From Burkholderiales bacterium (GTDB taxonomy: Bacteria > Pseudomonadota > Gammaproteobacteria > Burkholderiales > Casimicrobiaceae): DNA of 64,000 bases. Each line of letters starts with the position of its first letter. Position 1 is the first letter of the stretch. The stretch is from positions 562-64,561 of the forward strand of contig JAYVNO010000207.1 in NCBI GenBank assembly GCA_043758415.1, given 5' to 3'. The notes below the pieces were generated by a model that was not told the DNA's origin, made no database searches, and saw only the letters and a program-made list of their open reading frames with translations. A program made the position numbers and the translations under genes. Below, piece after piece: positions 1-10,621 of this stretch.

Positions 1-14
1 GTCGCGGCGTTGAC

Positions 15-329
15 TTGATTACTGTTGATGATTGCGGCAAAGCATCAGACTTTGTTCAAGATGCGTTCATCGAATCAAACATCGCGTACGAGCATCTCGA
101 AGTGTCGTCCCCCGGCATGGATCGCGCACTCACCAAGCGAACGCATTTCTTGCGATTCGCTGGTGAAAATGTGAAGCTCACTGTTGAGCCACCGTTAAAC
201 GGTTTGCGCAAACTCGTGGGCAAGTTAATCGGCTTTGAAAACGAAGAGGTTGTTCTCGACATCGAAGGTGTTGAGACCAGGGTTCCCTATGCAAATGTCG
301 CGCGTGCTCGCGTGCAGCCGCAGTATTAG
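15..329 (+). CDS. rimP: Ribosome maturation factor RimP (5' part lies outside the window)
   Basis: LEVSSPGMDRAL motif and C-terminal ...VPYANVARARV; directly upstream of nusA. The true start is probably before base 1. Confidence 0.9.
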   Translation: MITVDDCGKASDFVQDAFIESNIAYEHLEVSSPGMDRALTKRTHFLRFAGENVKLTVEPPLNGLRKLVGKLIGFENEEVVLDIEGVETRVPYANVARARVQPQY

Positions 330-341
330 TTGGAGAGACAA

Positions 342-1904
342 ATGAATCGAGAAATTTTAGTTCTGGCTGACGCGTTGGCGCGTGAAAAAAGCGTTGCCAA
401 AGAGGTGATCTTTCAGGCGCTTGAGCAGGCGCTTGCATCCGCAACCAAGCGGTTGAACAAAGAACGAATCGAGGCGCGTGTCGAGATCGATCAAGAGACC
501 GGCGACTACAAGTCGTTTCGTCGCTGGCTGATTGTTCCAGAGGACGAATTTGTTGATCCAGACAACCAGATGATGTTGCGCGAAGCGCATGAATTCGACA
601 CTACAAAATTGATGGGCGAATTTGTCGAAGAGCCATTGGAGCCGATTCCTTTTGGTCGCATCGGTGCTCAGGCCGCGAAGCAGGTAATCCTGCAACGCGT
701 GCGTGATGCTGAGCGTGACCAGGTGCTCGAAGAATTCCTCGCTCGTAACGATCAGCTGATTAACGGCACCGTTCGCCGCATTGATCGCGGTAACGTCATC
801 GTCGAATCTGGTCGCGTCGAAGGCGTGATTCCGCGTGACCAGCTCATTTCCAAGGAAAACTTCCGTGTCGGTGATCGTGTTCGTGCGTACGTGTTGCGTA
901 TTGATCGTCAGGCACGTGGCCCGCAGCTCATTTTGTCGCGCACTGCGCCGCAATTTGTTTCAGCGTTGTTCGAGCTTGAAGTACCTGAGATCGAAGAAGG
1001 CGTTATCGAAATCAAAGCGGTTGCACGCGACCCTGGTTTGCGTGCCAAGATTGCAGTGAAGTCGAACGATCCGCGTCTTGATCCTCAAGGCACTTGCATT
1101 GGCATGCGTGGCTCACGTGTTAACTCTGTAACTAACGAGTTGGCCGGTGAGCGCATCGACATCATTCTGTACGCAGAAGACACCGCACAGTTTGTTATCA
1201 ACGCGCTGGCTCCGGCTCAAATCACGAGCATCGTTGTTGACGAGGAGCGCCACGCGATGGATGTAGTCGTTAACGAAGACAACCTCGCGCTGGCTATCGG
1301 CAAAGGCGGTCAAAACGTTCGCCTCGCGTCCGAGTTGACCGGGTGGCAGTTAAATCTGATGAGTGAAGAGCAGTCGGCGACGAAGGCGGGAGCTGAGTCG
1401 ATTCGGTTGCGCGATGCGTTCATGGCAAAGCTTGACGTTGACGAAGAAGTCGCGCAAATTCTGGTGGACGAAGGCTTCTCGACGGTTGAAGAGGTTGCCT
1501 ATGTGCCAGTCGCTGAATTGCAGGCGGTTGAAGCGTTCGATGAAGACACCGTGCAAGAACTGCGCACGCGCGCTCGTAACGCCGCGTTGACTGACGAAAT
1601 CGCGAAAGAGGAAGTACTTGAGAATGCTTCGGATGATCTGAAAACGCTGGAAGGCGTGGACACTGAATTGCTCATGAAACTCTCCCGCTTCGGCATCACC
1701 ACGCGTGACGCGTTGGGTGACCTTGCGGCTGATGAACTGTGCGCCATTCGCGTGCTACCCGAGGAGCGTGCGCGCGCACTCCTCGACAACGACCTTTCTG
1801 ACTTGACGGATGAGGAGCGCCATATGATGGGCCGCTCGGACGCCAAGGCAGCAACACAATTGATTGCCCGTGCTCGCGAATCCTGGTTCGCGGCGGTGCA
1901 GTAA
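342..1904 (+). CDS. nusA: Transcription termination/antitermination factor NusA
   Basis: MNREIL start at 342 (ORF track starts at 330); S1/KH motifs [34 protein letters not shown]; acidic repeats at the C-terminus. Confidence 0.97.
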   Translation: MNREILVLADALAREKSVAKEVIFQALEQALASATKRLNKERIEARVEIDQETGDYKSFRRWLIVPEDEFVDPDNQMMLREAHEFDTTKLMGEFVEEPLEPIPFGRIGAQAAKQVILQRVRDAERDQVLEEFLARNDQLINGTVRRIDRGNVIVESGRVEGVIPRDQLISKENFRVGDRVRAYVLRIDRQARGPQLILSRTAPQFVSALFELEVPEIEEGVIEIKAVARDPGLRAKIAVKSNDPRLDPQGTCIGMRGSRVNSVTNELAGERIDIILYAEDTAQFVINALAPAQITSIVVDEERHAMDVVVNEDNLALAIGKGGQNVRLASELTGWQLNLMSEEQSATKAGAESIRLRDAFMAKLDVDEEVAQILVDEGFSTVEEVAYVPVAELQAVEAFDEDTVQELRTRARNAALTDEIAKEEVLENASDDLKTLEGVDTELLMKLSRFGITTRDALGDLAADELCAIRVLPEERARALLDNDLSDLTDEERHMMGRSDAKAATQLIARARESWFAAVQ

Positions 1905-1918
1905 CACGAGGGGGCCGC

Positions 1919-4846
1919 TTGAGCATCACTAAAACAACGGTTACTGAGTTCGCGGGCGAACTAAATTTGAGTCCAGAAGCACTGCTGAAACAGCTTGGCG
2001 CCGCGGGTGTTAACGCAGCTTCAATGGACGCGGATTTGTCGGCCTCCGATAAAGGCAAGCTACTTGAGTATTTGCGCAAGCAACATGGTGGAGCAGACGA
2101 GAGCGCGGGGAAGCGAATCACGCTTGTGCGTAAATCGACCAGCGAACTGCGTACTGCAGACGCTACGGGTCGCTCGCGAACCGTGCAGGTAGAAGTGCGA
2201 AAAAAGCGCGTGCTCGTGACGCGTGTAACTGAAACCGCAGCGCCTGCGGTTGCCGCAGTTGATGCGCCAACAACAACTGCTAAGCCTCTGTTGTCCGCAG
2301 AAGAAATCGCATCGCGCGAAGCGGAAGCACAGCGCGGCAATGCGTTGCGCGAGATTCAGGAGAACGAACAGAAGCAAAAGCAAGATCGCGTGGCCGCACG
2401 CGCGGAAGCGGGTGAAGCAACCCATGCCGCGAACGCAAAGCCCGCAAGCGATGAGGCACAAGCCGTTGCCTCTGAAGTTACGCTACCAGACGCTGTCGCG
2501 GCAACGGAATCAGTGCCAACACCACCCGTTGTTACGAGCGCCGCGCCAGCACCGATGATCGGTGCCGCTGCGTTGATTAAACCAATAGCTCCTGCCAAGG
2601 TGGCCGTACTGGCTGCTGGTGTTGTAACCGCGCAGCCAGCTGCGGAACTACAAGCCGCAACACCTGTATCGGCTAAGGCTGCCACTCCTGCAATCGCGTC
2701 CGTGCCCACCAAATCGGCACCATCGGCAGCGGTCATTGCCAATCGCTCGCGCATCGGTGAGCGCGTTGATATGACCCCGGTGCCGCCAAAACCTAAGTCG
2801 ACCGAAAACACCCTGCATCGTCCGACCAAGCCGGGTGTCAAGCCTGATGCCAAGGGCGCGCCGGGTACGGCGCGTCCTGCCGTCGCCAAACCGGGTGACA
2901 AAAAGCCAGCGGCGTGGCAGGAAGACGCTGCTCGTAAAAAGGTCATGAAGACTCGCGATGCGCCGCCTGACGCGGCAAAAGCTGGGGCATGGAAGGCGGG
3001 TACACGTGGTGGTGGCCGTGGACATGCCGGCAAACGTAGTTCAGCCCCTGAGCAAACGACGCAGGTTGATCAGTCGGACGCAATCCTTAAAGAGATCGTG
3101 GTGCCCGAGACCATCACCGTGGGCGAGCTCGCGCACAAGATGTCGATCAAGGCCGCTGAACTGATCAAGAGCATGATGAAGATGGGCCAGATGGTCACCA
3201 TCAATCAAGTGCTTGATCGCGATACCGCGATGATTCTGGTTGAGGAAATGGGCCGCGTTGCGGTTGCGGCGAAGGACGACGATCCTGATTCTGCGTTGAC
3301 CGATCACGCGACCGACTCTGACGCGAAGATGGAAACTCGCCCTCCGGTCGTGACCATCATGGGCCACGTCGATCATGGCAAAACCTCACTGCTCGACAAG
3401 ATTCGCAGCGCACGCGTTGCCAGCGGCGAAGCAGGTGGGATCACGCAGCACATCGGTGCGTATCACGTCACCACGCCGCGCGGCATCATCACCTTCCTTG
3501 ATACGCCAGGTCACGAAGCCTTTACGGCAATGCGCGCGCGCGGCTCCAAGGTCACCGACATTGTGATTTTGGTGGTTGCAGCCGACGATGGTGTGATGCC
3601 GCAAACCAAAGAAGCTATCGCGCATGCGAAAGCCGCGGGCGTGCCGATCATCGTTGCTGTCAACAAAATCGACAAGCAGGGTGCGAATCAAGAGCGCGTC
3701 AAGCAAGAGCTGGTCACCGAAGGTGTAGTGCCCGAAGAGTATGGCGGTGAAGCCATCTTCGTTCCGGTGTCTGCGCTGACCGGCGAAGGTATCGACTCGT
3801 TGCTGGAAACGATTCTGCTGCAAGCTGAAGTGCTTGAGCTTAAAGCGCAAATCGATGCGCCAGCACGCGGTATCGTGATCGAGGCCCGACTCGACAAAGG
3901 TCGCGGCCCCGTGGCTACCGTGTTGATCACCAGTGGCACGTTGAAGCGTGGCGATATGGTGTTGGCGGGTTCGGTGTTCGGTCGTGTTCGCGCGATGAGT
4001 GATGAAGACGGCAAGAACATCGTCACGGCAGGCCCCGCGATCCCTGTTGAAATTCAGGGCTTGTCGGATGTGCCAGGTGCGGGTGACGACATTCTGGTGT
4101 TGGGTGACGAGCGTAAAGCGCGCGAAATCGCGTTGTTCCGTCAGGGCAAATACCGTGACGTCAAGCTCGCCAGACAGCAAGCTTCGAAACTCGAAAACGC
4201 GTTCGCCAACATGGGCGAAGCGGCAACCAAATTGCTGCCGCTCATCATCAAGGCTGACGTGCAGGGCTCGTACGAGGGCTTGTCCTATGCGCTGGGCAAA
4301 CTGTCAACATCTGAGGTTCGTGTGCAAACGGTTCACAGCGCGGTCGGTGCCATCACCGAATCTGATGTGAATTTGGCTGCCGCATCAAAGGCCATCATCA
4401 TCGGCTTCAACGTGCGGGCCGATGCGGCCGCCCGCAAGCTTGCTGAGAATGAAGGCGTGCAAATTCGCTACTACGACATCATTTATGAAGCCGTGGATGA
4501 CGTTCGCGATGCGCTGTCCGGCATGCTCGCTCCAGAGCAAAAGGAAAGCGCACTCGGTGTGGTCGAAATTCGTCAGGTGTTCCGCATCTCAAAGATTGGC
4601 GCGATTGCCGGTTGCTACGTGCTCGAAGGCGTGGTCAAGCGCAGTGCCCTGGTGCGTTTGCTGCGCGACAATGTTGTTGTCTGGTCTGGCGAGCTCGATT
4701 CGCTCAAGCGCTTCAAGGACGACGTCAAGGAAGTCAAAGAAGGCTACGAGTGCGGTCTGTCGCTTAAGAATTACAACGAGATTCAAGAGGGCGACAAGCT
4801 CGAGATCTACGAAATCGTTGAAGTTCAACGCTCTCTGGCGCAGTAA
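1919..4846 (+). CDS. infB: Translation initiation factor IF-2
   Basis: GTPase motifs [21 protein letters not shown]; follows nusA. Confidence 0.98.
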   Translation: MSITKTTVTEFAGELNLSPEALLKQLGAAGVNAASMDADLSASDKGKLLEYLRKQHGGADESAGKRITLVRKSTSELRTADATGRSRTVQVEVRKKRVLVTRVTETAAPAVAAVDAPTTTAKPLLSAEEIASREAEAQRGNALREIQENEQKQKQDRVAARAEAGEATHAANAKPASDEAQAVASEVTLPDAVAATESVPTPPVVTSAAPAPMIGAAALIKPIAPAKVAVLAAGVVTAQPAAELQAATPVSAKAATPAIASVPTKSAPSAAVIANRSRIGERVDMTPVPPKPKSTENTLHRPTKPGVKPDAKGAPGTARPAVAKPGDKKPAAWQEDAARKKVMKTRDAPPDAAKAGAWKAGTRGGGRGHAGKRSSAPEQTTQVDQSDAILKEIVVPETITVGELAHKMSIKAAELIKSMMKMGQMVTINQVLDRDTAMILVEEMGRVAVAAKDDDPDSALTDHATDSDAKMETRPPVVTIMGHVDHGKTSLLDKIRSARVASGEAGGITQHIGAYHVTTPRGIITFLDTPGHEAFTAMRARGSKVTDIVILVVAADDGVMPQTKEAIAHAKAAGVPIIVAVNKIDKQGANQERVKQELVTEGVVPEEYGGEAIFVPVSALTGEGIDSLLETILLQAEVLELKAQIDAPARGIVIEARLDKGRGPVATVLITSGTLKRGDMVLAGSVFGRVRAMSDEDGKNIVTAGPAIPVEIQGLSDVPGAGDDILVLGDERKAREIALFRQGKYRDVKLARQQASKLENAFANMGEAATKLLPLIIKADVQGSYEGLSYALGKLSTSEVRVQTVHSAVGAITESDVNLAAASKAIIIGFNVRADAAARKLAENEGVQIRYYDIIYEAVDDVRDALSGMLAPEQKESALGVVEIRQVFRISKIGAIAGCYVLEGVVKRSALVRLLRDNVVVWSGELDSLKRFKDDVKEVKEGYECGLSLKNYNEIQEGDKLEIYEIVEVQRSLAQ

Positions 4847-4865
4847 AGCAGCAAAGCAGTAAGGC

Positions 4866-4934
4866 ATGGCAATGAAACAGGGGTTCTCGCCACGAGCACC
4901 GGATTTCACGAACGCGCGGCAGACTAAGGTATGA
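4866..4934 (+). CDS. Putative 22-codon upstream ORF MAMKQGFSPRAPDFTNARQTKV whose stop overlaps the rbfA start
   Basis: Hand translation; residues MKQGFSPRA are identical to the RbfA N-terminus; TGA at 4932-4934 overlaps ATG at 4931. Expression unproven. Confidence 0.4.
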   Translation: MAMKQGFSPRAPDFTNARQTKV

Positions 4935-5365
4935 AGCAAGGCTTTTCTCCGCGCGCGTTACGAGTCTCCGAGCAGGTTCAACGCGAACTTGCGCAGATGC
5001 TTTCGCTTGAGGTGCGCGACCCGCGCGTCAAGGGCGTCACCATCACGCAAGTGGAGGTGACCGCCGACCTGTCGCACGCGATGGTGCGCTACGTGCATCC
5101 TGAAGGCTACGCGGGACAGTCTGCGGCCGATGCTGGCTTCAAGAGCGTCAACGGTTTTTTGCGGCACGGTATTGCCGAGCGCCTGTCGATATTCAAAGCG
5201 CCGAATCTGCGCTTTGAATACGATAAATCATTTGAAGACGGCATGCGACTGACTGCGTTGATTGATACGGCGCGGGCTGATGACGCACGTGTGGTTGCAC
5301 CCGATGATGCGCGCGTCATTGCACCCGATGACAGCGCGGTCAGCGCTGCCGAAAACCCCAAGTAA
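4931..5365 (+). CDS. rbfA: Ribosome-binding factor A
   Basis: RVSEQVQRELAQML...VRDPRV...ITQVEVTADLSHA...PNLRFEYD; position between infB and truB. Confidence 0.95.
   Translation: MKQGFSPRALRVSEQVQRELAQMLSLEVRDPRVKGVTITQVEVTADLSHAMVRYVHPEGYAGQSAADAGFKSVNGFLRHGIAERLSIFKAPNLRFEYDKSFEDGMRLTALIDTARADDARVVAPDDARVIAPDDSAVSAAENPK
5279..5344 (+). repeat. 24-bp imperfect tandem repeat (about 2.7 copies) encoding DDARV(V/I)AP in the RbfA tail
   Basis: gatgacgcacgtgtggttgcaccc / gatgatgcgcgcgtcattgcaccc / gatgacagcgcggtcagc. Confidence 0.8.
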
Positions 5366-5373
5366 TTCGCGTC

Positions 5374-6318
5374 ATGGCCCTGCACGGCGTCGCGCTGGTG
5401 GACAAGCCAGCGGGCATGTCCTCGTTTTCAGTCGTATCCCGGCTACGACGAATATTCAGGACGTTGGGCGTAACAAAAGCGGGGCATACCGGCACGCTTG
5501 ATCCGTTGGCGACGGGCTTGCTGCCGATCTGCATCGGCGAATCTACCAAGTTTGCGCAGCGTCTGCTTGATGCAGACAAAGGTTACTTTGCGACCGTCAA
5601 GCTGGGCGTTGCGACGACGACAGCAGACGCAGAAGGCGAAATCACCGCTCGCAGTAATGTGCTGATAGACGCGCCGACCTTCGAGGCAATGCTCGCCCAA
5701 TTTCACGGCAAGATCGTGCAGGTGCCGCCGATCTACTCTGCCCTGAAAATTGATGGCAAACCAGCGTACGAATATGCGCGCGCCGGTCAAGCCGTCAAGA
5801 TCAAATCACGCGTTGTTGAAATCTACTCCGTCGAATTGGTTGCAGCACGTTCTGAACTGCAAGAGTTCGCCATCAACGTTCGTTGCAGCAAGGGCACGTA
5901 CATCCGAACGCTCGCTGTAGACATCGCGCTGGCCCTGGGCACAGTGGGTCACCTGGCTGGCCTTTGCCGTACGCGAACTGGCGGATTCGATCTGGCCGCC
6001 GCGCATCCGCTTGAGGCGTGGATGGAAACGGATGACGCCACGCGTCTCAGCTGGTTGTTGCCCACGGAATCTTTGGTCGCCGAATTGCCGTCGCTCGATT
6101 TGACGGCGCAGCAGGCGATTGATATTTGCAACGGCAAAGTTGTGGCGGTGCGGACGGAAACGGCAAATCAGGCTCCTGAGGCTTCGGACGCCAAACCGGA
6201 CGGCAATGTAGCGCTCTTGCGGCTTCAAGATGCTCACAAGGGCTTTCTGGGCCTTGGCGCGCTATCCGCAGGCGGCATGCTTCGCGCGGAACGGCTGTTA
6301 TCGACTCAATCGGCCTAA
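5374..6318 (+). CDS. truB: tRNA pseudouridine(55) synthase TruB
   Basis: VDKPAGMSS, KAGHTGTLDPLATG, CSKGTYIRTLA motifs. Confidence 0.97.
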   Translation: MALHGVALVDKPAGMSSFSVVSRLRRIFRTLGVTKAGHTGTLDPLATGLLPICIGESTKFAQRLLDADKGYFATVKLGVATTTADAEGEITARSNVLIDAPTFEAMLAQFHGKIVQVPPIYSALKIDGKPAYEYARAGQAVKIKSRVVEIYSVELVAARSELQEFAINVRCSKGTYIRTLAVDIALALGTVGHLAGLCRTRTGGFDLAAAHPLEAWMETDDATRLSWLLPTESLVAELPSLDLTAQQAIDICNGKVVAVRTETANQAPEASDAKPDGNVALLRLQDAHKGFLGLGALSAGGMLRAERLLSTQSA

Positions 6319-6618
6319 CCAAGCACCAGTTTTCGCTATCAGCTTTTGTCTGAGAGTACCGTATCAATTGGGCGTTTCTGCAAATTTCGCAGAATGTCGA
6401 TTTTCCGTTTTTTCACGTGCCAAGTCCCAATTGAATGGGCTTTAATGGATGTGCTGGCGAAGAGTTACTAGTGTCGGACGCATCCGTGAATAGGCGTGCG
6501 CAGGCAACAGGCGCTGGCGCAATTTCCGCATGCGTTGCGTCCTTAAGGGTCTAGACGGGGTGTTTTTCGTTGTCGACTGCGGCGACCCAAGCATCACGAA
6601 CATGAGGGGAGATCGATT

Positions 6619-7737
6619 ATGGCCATCAACGGTTCCACCCTGGGTATCGCGCTGTCGGGCGGCGGCTTTCGCGCGACGCTGTTCAGTCTGGGTAGTTTGT
6701 GGCGGCTCAACGACGCCGGGCTGCTCGGCAAATTGGATCGCGTGACCAGCGTTTCCGGTGGCTCGATCCTCGCTGGGATTGTGGCCAGTCGCTGGAAAAA
6801 CTTGCAGTTTGTCGATGGACGTGCGGCCAATTTCGTCAGCGAAATTGTTACTCCGACGCAGACATTTTGTGCTGACAGCGCTGACATCGAAGCGGGCATT
6901 CTGGGCTGGATTACGCCGTTCAAAAGCGCGGGCGATTACTTGCGCGGGCACTACGAAGACGCGCTCTTCGGCGACACCCTGTTGCGCGATATCCCGGCAC
7001 CGGACGTGGACGGCAACCCAACGTTTATTTTCTATGCAACCAATATGCAAACCGGGCGCAACTTTCGCATGCGTCAGGACTACATCGCCGACTCCCGGCT
7101 TGGCGTATCGCGCCACACCGAGCTCACACTGGCCGCTGCGGTCACCGCCTCGAGCGCGTTTCCGCCGATCTTCTCGCCGATCATTTTGAACACTGACCCG
7201 GCCGACTGGCAGGACGAAGGCGGCCTCGGCGGCCTGGCGGACGACGTCGACTCCCTACGCAAAAAAATCATTCTCGCCGATGGCGGCATCTACGACAACA
7301 TGGGCCTTGAGTCGCTGATCGGCCACATCGACATCGCACTGATCAGCGACGCCGGTGCGCCGTTCGCTACCGAGCCATCGGTGCGCGGCGATCCGTTCAG
7401 CCAGCTCGGTCGGGTGCGCGACATATTGATTGATCAAACGCGGGCGCTGCGAAAGCGTCATGTGATTGACGAGTTCGACGCCGGGCGCAGACGCGGTGGC
7501 TATTGGGGCATCGGCACCCGGATCGGTAAATATCAGGCCGCCAACGCGCTGGCAATCGATAACGCGACGAGCCTCTCTTTGGAGGCGGAACCGACGCGAC
7601 TGGCAAAGATTGAGCCCGAGCGGCAGGGGCAGTTGATTAACTGGGGCTACGCGCTCTCCGATGCGGCGCTGCGCGTGCGCGCGCAACTGACGCTGCCACC
7701 GGTGACGCAGTTGCCGTTGCCGCAGTACCCGTTGTAG
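6619..7737 (+). CDS. Patatin-like phospholipase
   Basis: Gly-rich ALSGGGFRA, nucleophile motif TSVSGGS, catalytic ADGGIYDN; RBS-like gagggggag upstream. Confidence 0.9.
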   Translation: MAINGSTLGIALSGGGFRATLFSLGSLWRLNDAGLLGKLDRVTSVSGGSILAGIVASRWKNLQFVDGRAANFVSEIVTPTQTFCADSADIEAGILGWITPFKSAGDYLRGHYEDALFGDTLLRDIPAPDVDGNPTFIFYATNMQTGRNFRMRQDYIADSRLGVSRHTELTLAAAVTASSAFPPIFSPIILNTDPADWQDEGGLGGLADDVDSLRKKIILADGGIYDNMGLESLIGHIDIALISDAGAPFATEPSVRGDPFSQLGRVRDILIDQTRALRKRHVIDEFDAGRRRGGYWGIGTRIGKYQAANALAIDNATSLSLEAEPTRLAKIEPERQGQLINWGYALSDAALRVRAQLTLPPVTQLPLPQYPL

Positions 7738-7759
7738 TGCGCGTCGCAATCGGGAGCCT

Positions 7760-10609
7760 GTGATGGATCGGCTGCATCTAAAGCGCTGGAGCATTGATCT
7801 CGACGACCACGCATTCGCGCGCGCGTTGGCCGCCGTGGGTGTGCTGCGGGCTGACCGGACGGCGCGCGTCCTGACACCCACGCACCTCGCCGCAGGCAAT
7901 GCCGGTGGCCTGGGTTCGCGACTACTGTGGCAGCTACCGACAGGCGATTTAACCGGCGCGACCAGTGCACGTGACGCGGCGGACAGATGGTCAAGAATTC
8001 GTAGCGAATGCGCAAACCCCATTCGGCTGACGCTGATCGACTCGCCCGTCCATGAGCTTGCGATCTGGTCACGTTGGCTTGCTACGATCACTGAGATCGA
8101 CGGCCTCTGCATTGCCCCCGAACCTGCGTTCAAAGGCCGATCCGAGTGGCGGCTGCCGTTCACCGTGTCCACGCTTGCGTCGGACGCCCTTGCCGTGCCG
8201 CTTCGAGATCGGCGAAGCTTTGATCCCGCGAACTGGCCGTTTCGCTTTGTGACTGCGGGCCGCGCCCATGATCGCTGCGAAATCCTGGTGTTATCGCTGC
8301 CCATCGCAGCGGCGCTGGCAGCGCTGTTGCAAAGTGGTCTTCGCCTGCGCGCCACGCTGGTCATGGTCGCGGGCTTGGGCGGGGACTCTATGGAGAGCGC
8401 GTGGCCGCTGATCGTCGCGGTTGCGGCGCGGGTGTCGGCGAGCGGCGTAGCGATAGCGCCCCCGGGCGACGCCGTGCGGTTGGCTGATCAGGTGAACAGC
8501 ATGTGCTTTGATCTGTCGCACAACGCGCCGATTGACGCCGCGCTGTGGCAAGCCTTCGGTCGTGCTGCGCAATTGTTCGCCAGTCGCGAATTGATCGACG
8601 CCAGTCAGGTCAGTGCTCAGGTAGAAAAACTCGGCAAGCGAATAGAGGCGCTGCGGTCAGGGGCCACGGCTGCTCTGGGTGGTCGATCACGCGCGCTGCT
8701 GACGCATGGCGCGCGGCCTAGCCCATCGCCGCGCGCGGGCGAGGGTGCCTTGCGCGAAGCGATGGCCGCGTCGGCACCCACCTTTGAGTTCGCCCATGAA
8801 AGCGGGGAGGCTGCGGCCATGACCGAACTCGCAGACGTGGTGCGCGTCGCCAATGCGAAAGCGGTCGCTGCAACACGCTCGGCCCGCTTCATTCAGCAGC
8901 GCTGCTTTGGTGGCGACCGCAATGAATCCAGCAACCCATTAAAGGAGATTCACGACGCCTTCGCGGTCGGTGAAGCGGTACTGGCGAGGATTCGCATTGG
9001 CGACGTCGCCGACGCGCTTTGGGTCAGCAGCAACGTGGCCTTTCCCGATCACAAGCTGCCGCCGAATGAGACCGGCCATCGCTTGCAGGTCATGTTCTTC
9101 GAGCCGCTTCAGTTTGCCGCGCCGCTGCTCGCCGACATTCATCTCCCGGTACTCGGCGCAAGCAGTGAGGCCGAATTTCTGTTCACGCCGAGGGCTGCCG
9201 GAGCGTTTGAGGCGCGCATCACCATCGTGCATCGCGGCCGCATTCTGCAAACCGCGCTGATGCAGGCGCGGGTGTTGGTCAAGCGCGGCGCGCGCAGGGT
9301 AGCGACGCAAAGAATCACCCTGCGCGATGAGGCTCTGGTTCGTCGCGACTGGACGGCGCTTGAGCAGCGACCCCGCTTTGATCTGGCGATGGTGTGCAAC
9401 CACGATGGCCAGCACACACCGCGCATGACCGCGCTGTCGGACAGGCGCGCGTGGGCGAAGGATTTGACCGCCATTGATGAAGTGGTCAAGGCGATTAACG
9501 TTGAGCTCTCCGCAGTGGCCAGCAATGTGCGCGATTACGCAGACGGACTCGACAAGGGCGAAAACCCGAAGCTGCTGGTCAATCTCGCGGGATTGGGCAC
9601 CGAGCTATTCCGGTCGCTCATTGAGGATCAGATTGCCAAAACCGCCGTCGGCGGGCTCGATGTCACCCTCGATGCGGTCACCCACATCCAGATTGTCAGC
9701 ACCCGCTCCGACGCCGTGGTGCCGATCGAATTTGTCTACGACTACGGCATGCCCGACGACAGCATCGCCACCGTGTGCCCGGACTTTCGCGATGGGCTGA
9801 AGAGCGGCACCTGCAAGACGACCTGCCCCGGCCGCACCGACCCGTCAAAGCACGTCTGCCCGATGGGCTTCTGGGGTATCCGCAAAGTGATCGAGCGGCA
9901 TGTGTTTGAAAGCACGCAGGAGAACCCCGACAACGCGGCGCTGATTGTGCAAAGTGAAGTCAGCGCCGAGCGCGATACGCTCAACATCCTTGACAGCGCG
10001 GTGGTCGGTTACAGCAACCGGGTCAAGCCGGCGAGCGTCAAGGCGCTGCTCAAATCGATGCGGGCATCAGTCCATGGCAAGGTCGTCGAAGTCAAGACCT
10101 GGGACGACTGGAGCGCGGCGGTGCAGAAAAACTCGCCGCAACTGCTGGTGGCGTTCCCGCATCATGACGGCATCAACCTCAATGCGAAACTGGAAATCGG
10201 CAATCAGCCGATGAGCACGTTGCGGCTGCTGACTTACGGCAAACCGACGAAAACGGCGGGCGGCATGCCGATCCCGATCCATGTGCGGATGCCCAATGCG
10301 GCACCGCCGATGGTGTTGCTGCTCGGCTGCGACGTGGCGGGCACGGCGCAGCAGTTTGGCAATCATGTGCGCAATTTCCGCATGGCGGGGGCGGCCATTG
10401 TGCTGTCCACCATCGCCACGGTGTTTGGTGAACATGCGGTTGCCGTGGGCACATCGATGGTTAAAAAACTGGTCGATCAACGCGGTCGCACGGCCGATAA
10501 CGATCAGTTCGGTGAGATTTTGCGCGATGCCAAAAGACAGGCGTTGCTCGATAGTCTGCCCATGGCGCTGTGCGTGGTGGCGTACGGCGACGCCGACTGG
10601 AAACTGTGA
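7760..10609 (+). CDS. 949-aa protein: unknown N-terminal region, beta-sandwich-like middle, C-terminal CHAT (caspase-like) domain
   Basis: C-terminal LLVAFPHHDG (His) and MVLLLGCDVAG (Cys), then RMAGAAIVLSTIATV...EILRDAKRQ...CVVAYGD, matching the CHAT/peptidase C14-like layout. Confidence 0.7.
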   Translation: MMDRLHLKRWSIDLDDHAFARALAAVGVLRADRTARVLTPTHLAAGNAGGLGSRLLWQLPTGDLTGATSARDAADRWSRIRSECANPIRLTLIDSPVHELAIWSRWLATITEIDGLCIAPEPAFKGRSEWRLPFTVSTLASDALAVPLRDRRSFDPANWPFRFVTAGRAHDRCEILVLSLPIAAALAALLQSGLRLRATLVMVAGLGGDSMESAWPLIVAVAARVSASGVAIAPPGDAVRLADQVNSMCFDLSHNAPIDAALWQAFGRAAQLFASRELIDASQVSAQVEKLGKRIEALRSGATAALGGRSRALLTHGARPSPSPRAGEGALREAMAASAPTFEFAHESGEAAAMTELADVVRVANAKAVAATRSARFIQQRCFGGDRNESSNPLKEIHDAFAVGEAVLARIRIGDVADALWVSSNVAFPDHKLPPNETGHRLQVMFFEPLQFAAPLLADIHLPVLGASSEAEFLFTPRAAGAFEARITIVHRGRILQTALMQARVLVKRGARRVATQRITLRDEALVRRDWTALEQRPRFDLAMVCNHDGQHTPRMTALSDRRAWAKDLTAIDEVVKAINVELSAVASNVRDYADGLDKGENPKLLVNLAGLGTELFRSLIEDQIAKTAVGGLDVTLDAVTHIQIVSTRSDAVVPIEFVYDYGMPDDSIATVCPDFRDGLKSGTCKTTCPGRTDPSKHVCPMGFWGIRKVIERHVFESTQENPDNAALIVQSEVSAERDTLNILDSAVVGYSNRVKPASVKALLKSMRASVHGKVVEVKTWDDWSAAVQKNSPQLLVAFPHHDGINLNAKLEIGNQPMSTLRLLTYGKPTKTAGGMPIPIHVRMPNAAPPMVLLLGCDVAGTAQQFGNHVRNFRMAGAAIVLSTIATVFGEHAVAVGTSMVKKLVDQRGRTADNDQFGEILRDAKRQALLDSLPMALCVVAYGDADWKL

Positions 10610-10621
10610 GGGAGAAGCGTC

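Noticed and set aside
2200-3060. Long Ala/Pro-rich segment in IF-2 and the extra segment in the NusA C-terminal repeat
   Set aside because: These regions are known to vary between lineages; no internal structure suggesting more.
6619-7737. Patatin as part of CBASS
   Set aside because: No CD-NTase, Cap2/Cap3 or HORMA/TRIP13 gene in the neighbourhood.
8717-8745. RPSPSPRAGEG in the CHAT protein as a second in-frame repeat insertion
   Set aside because: The peptide resembles the mfd repeat but the DNA lacks a clean CTCCC-N5-GGGAG stem; probably coincidental.
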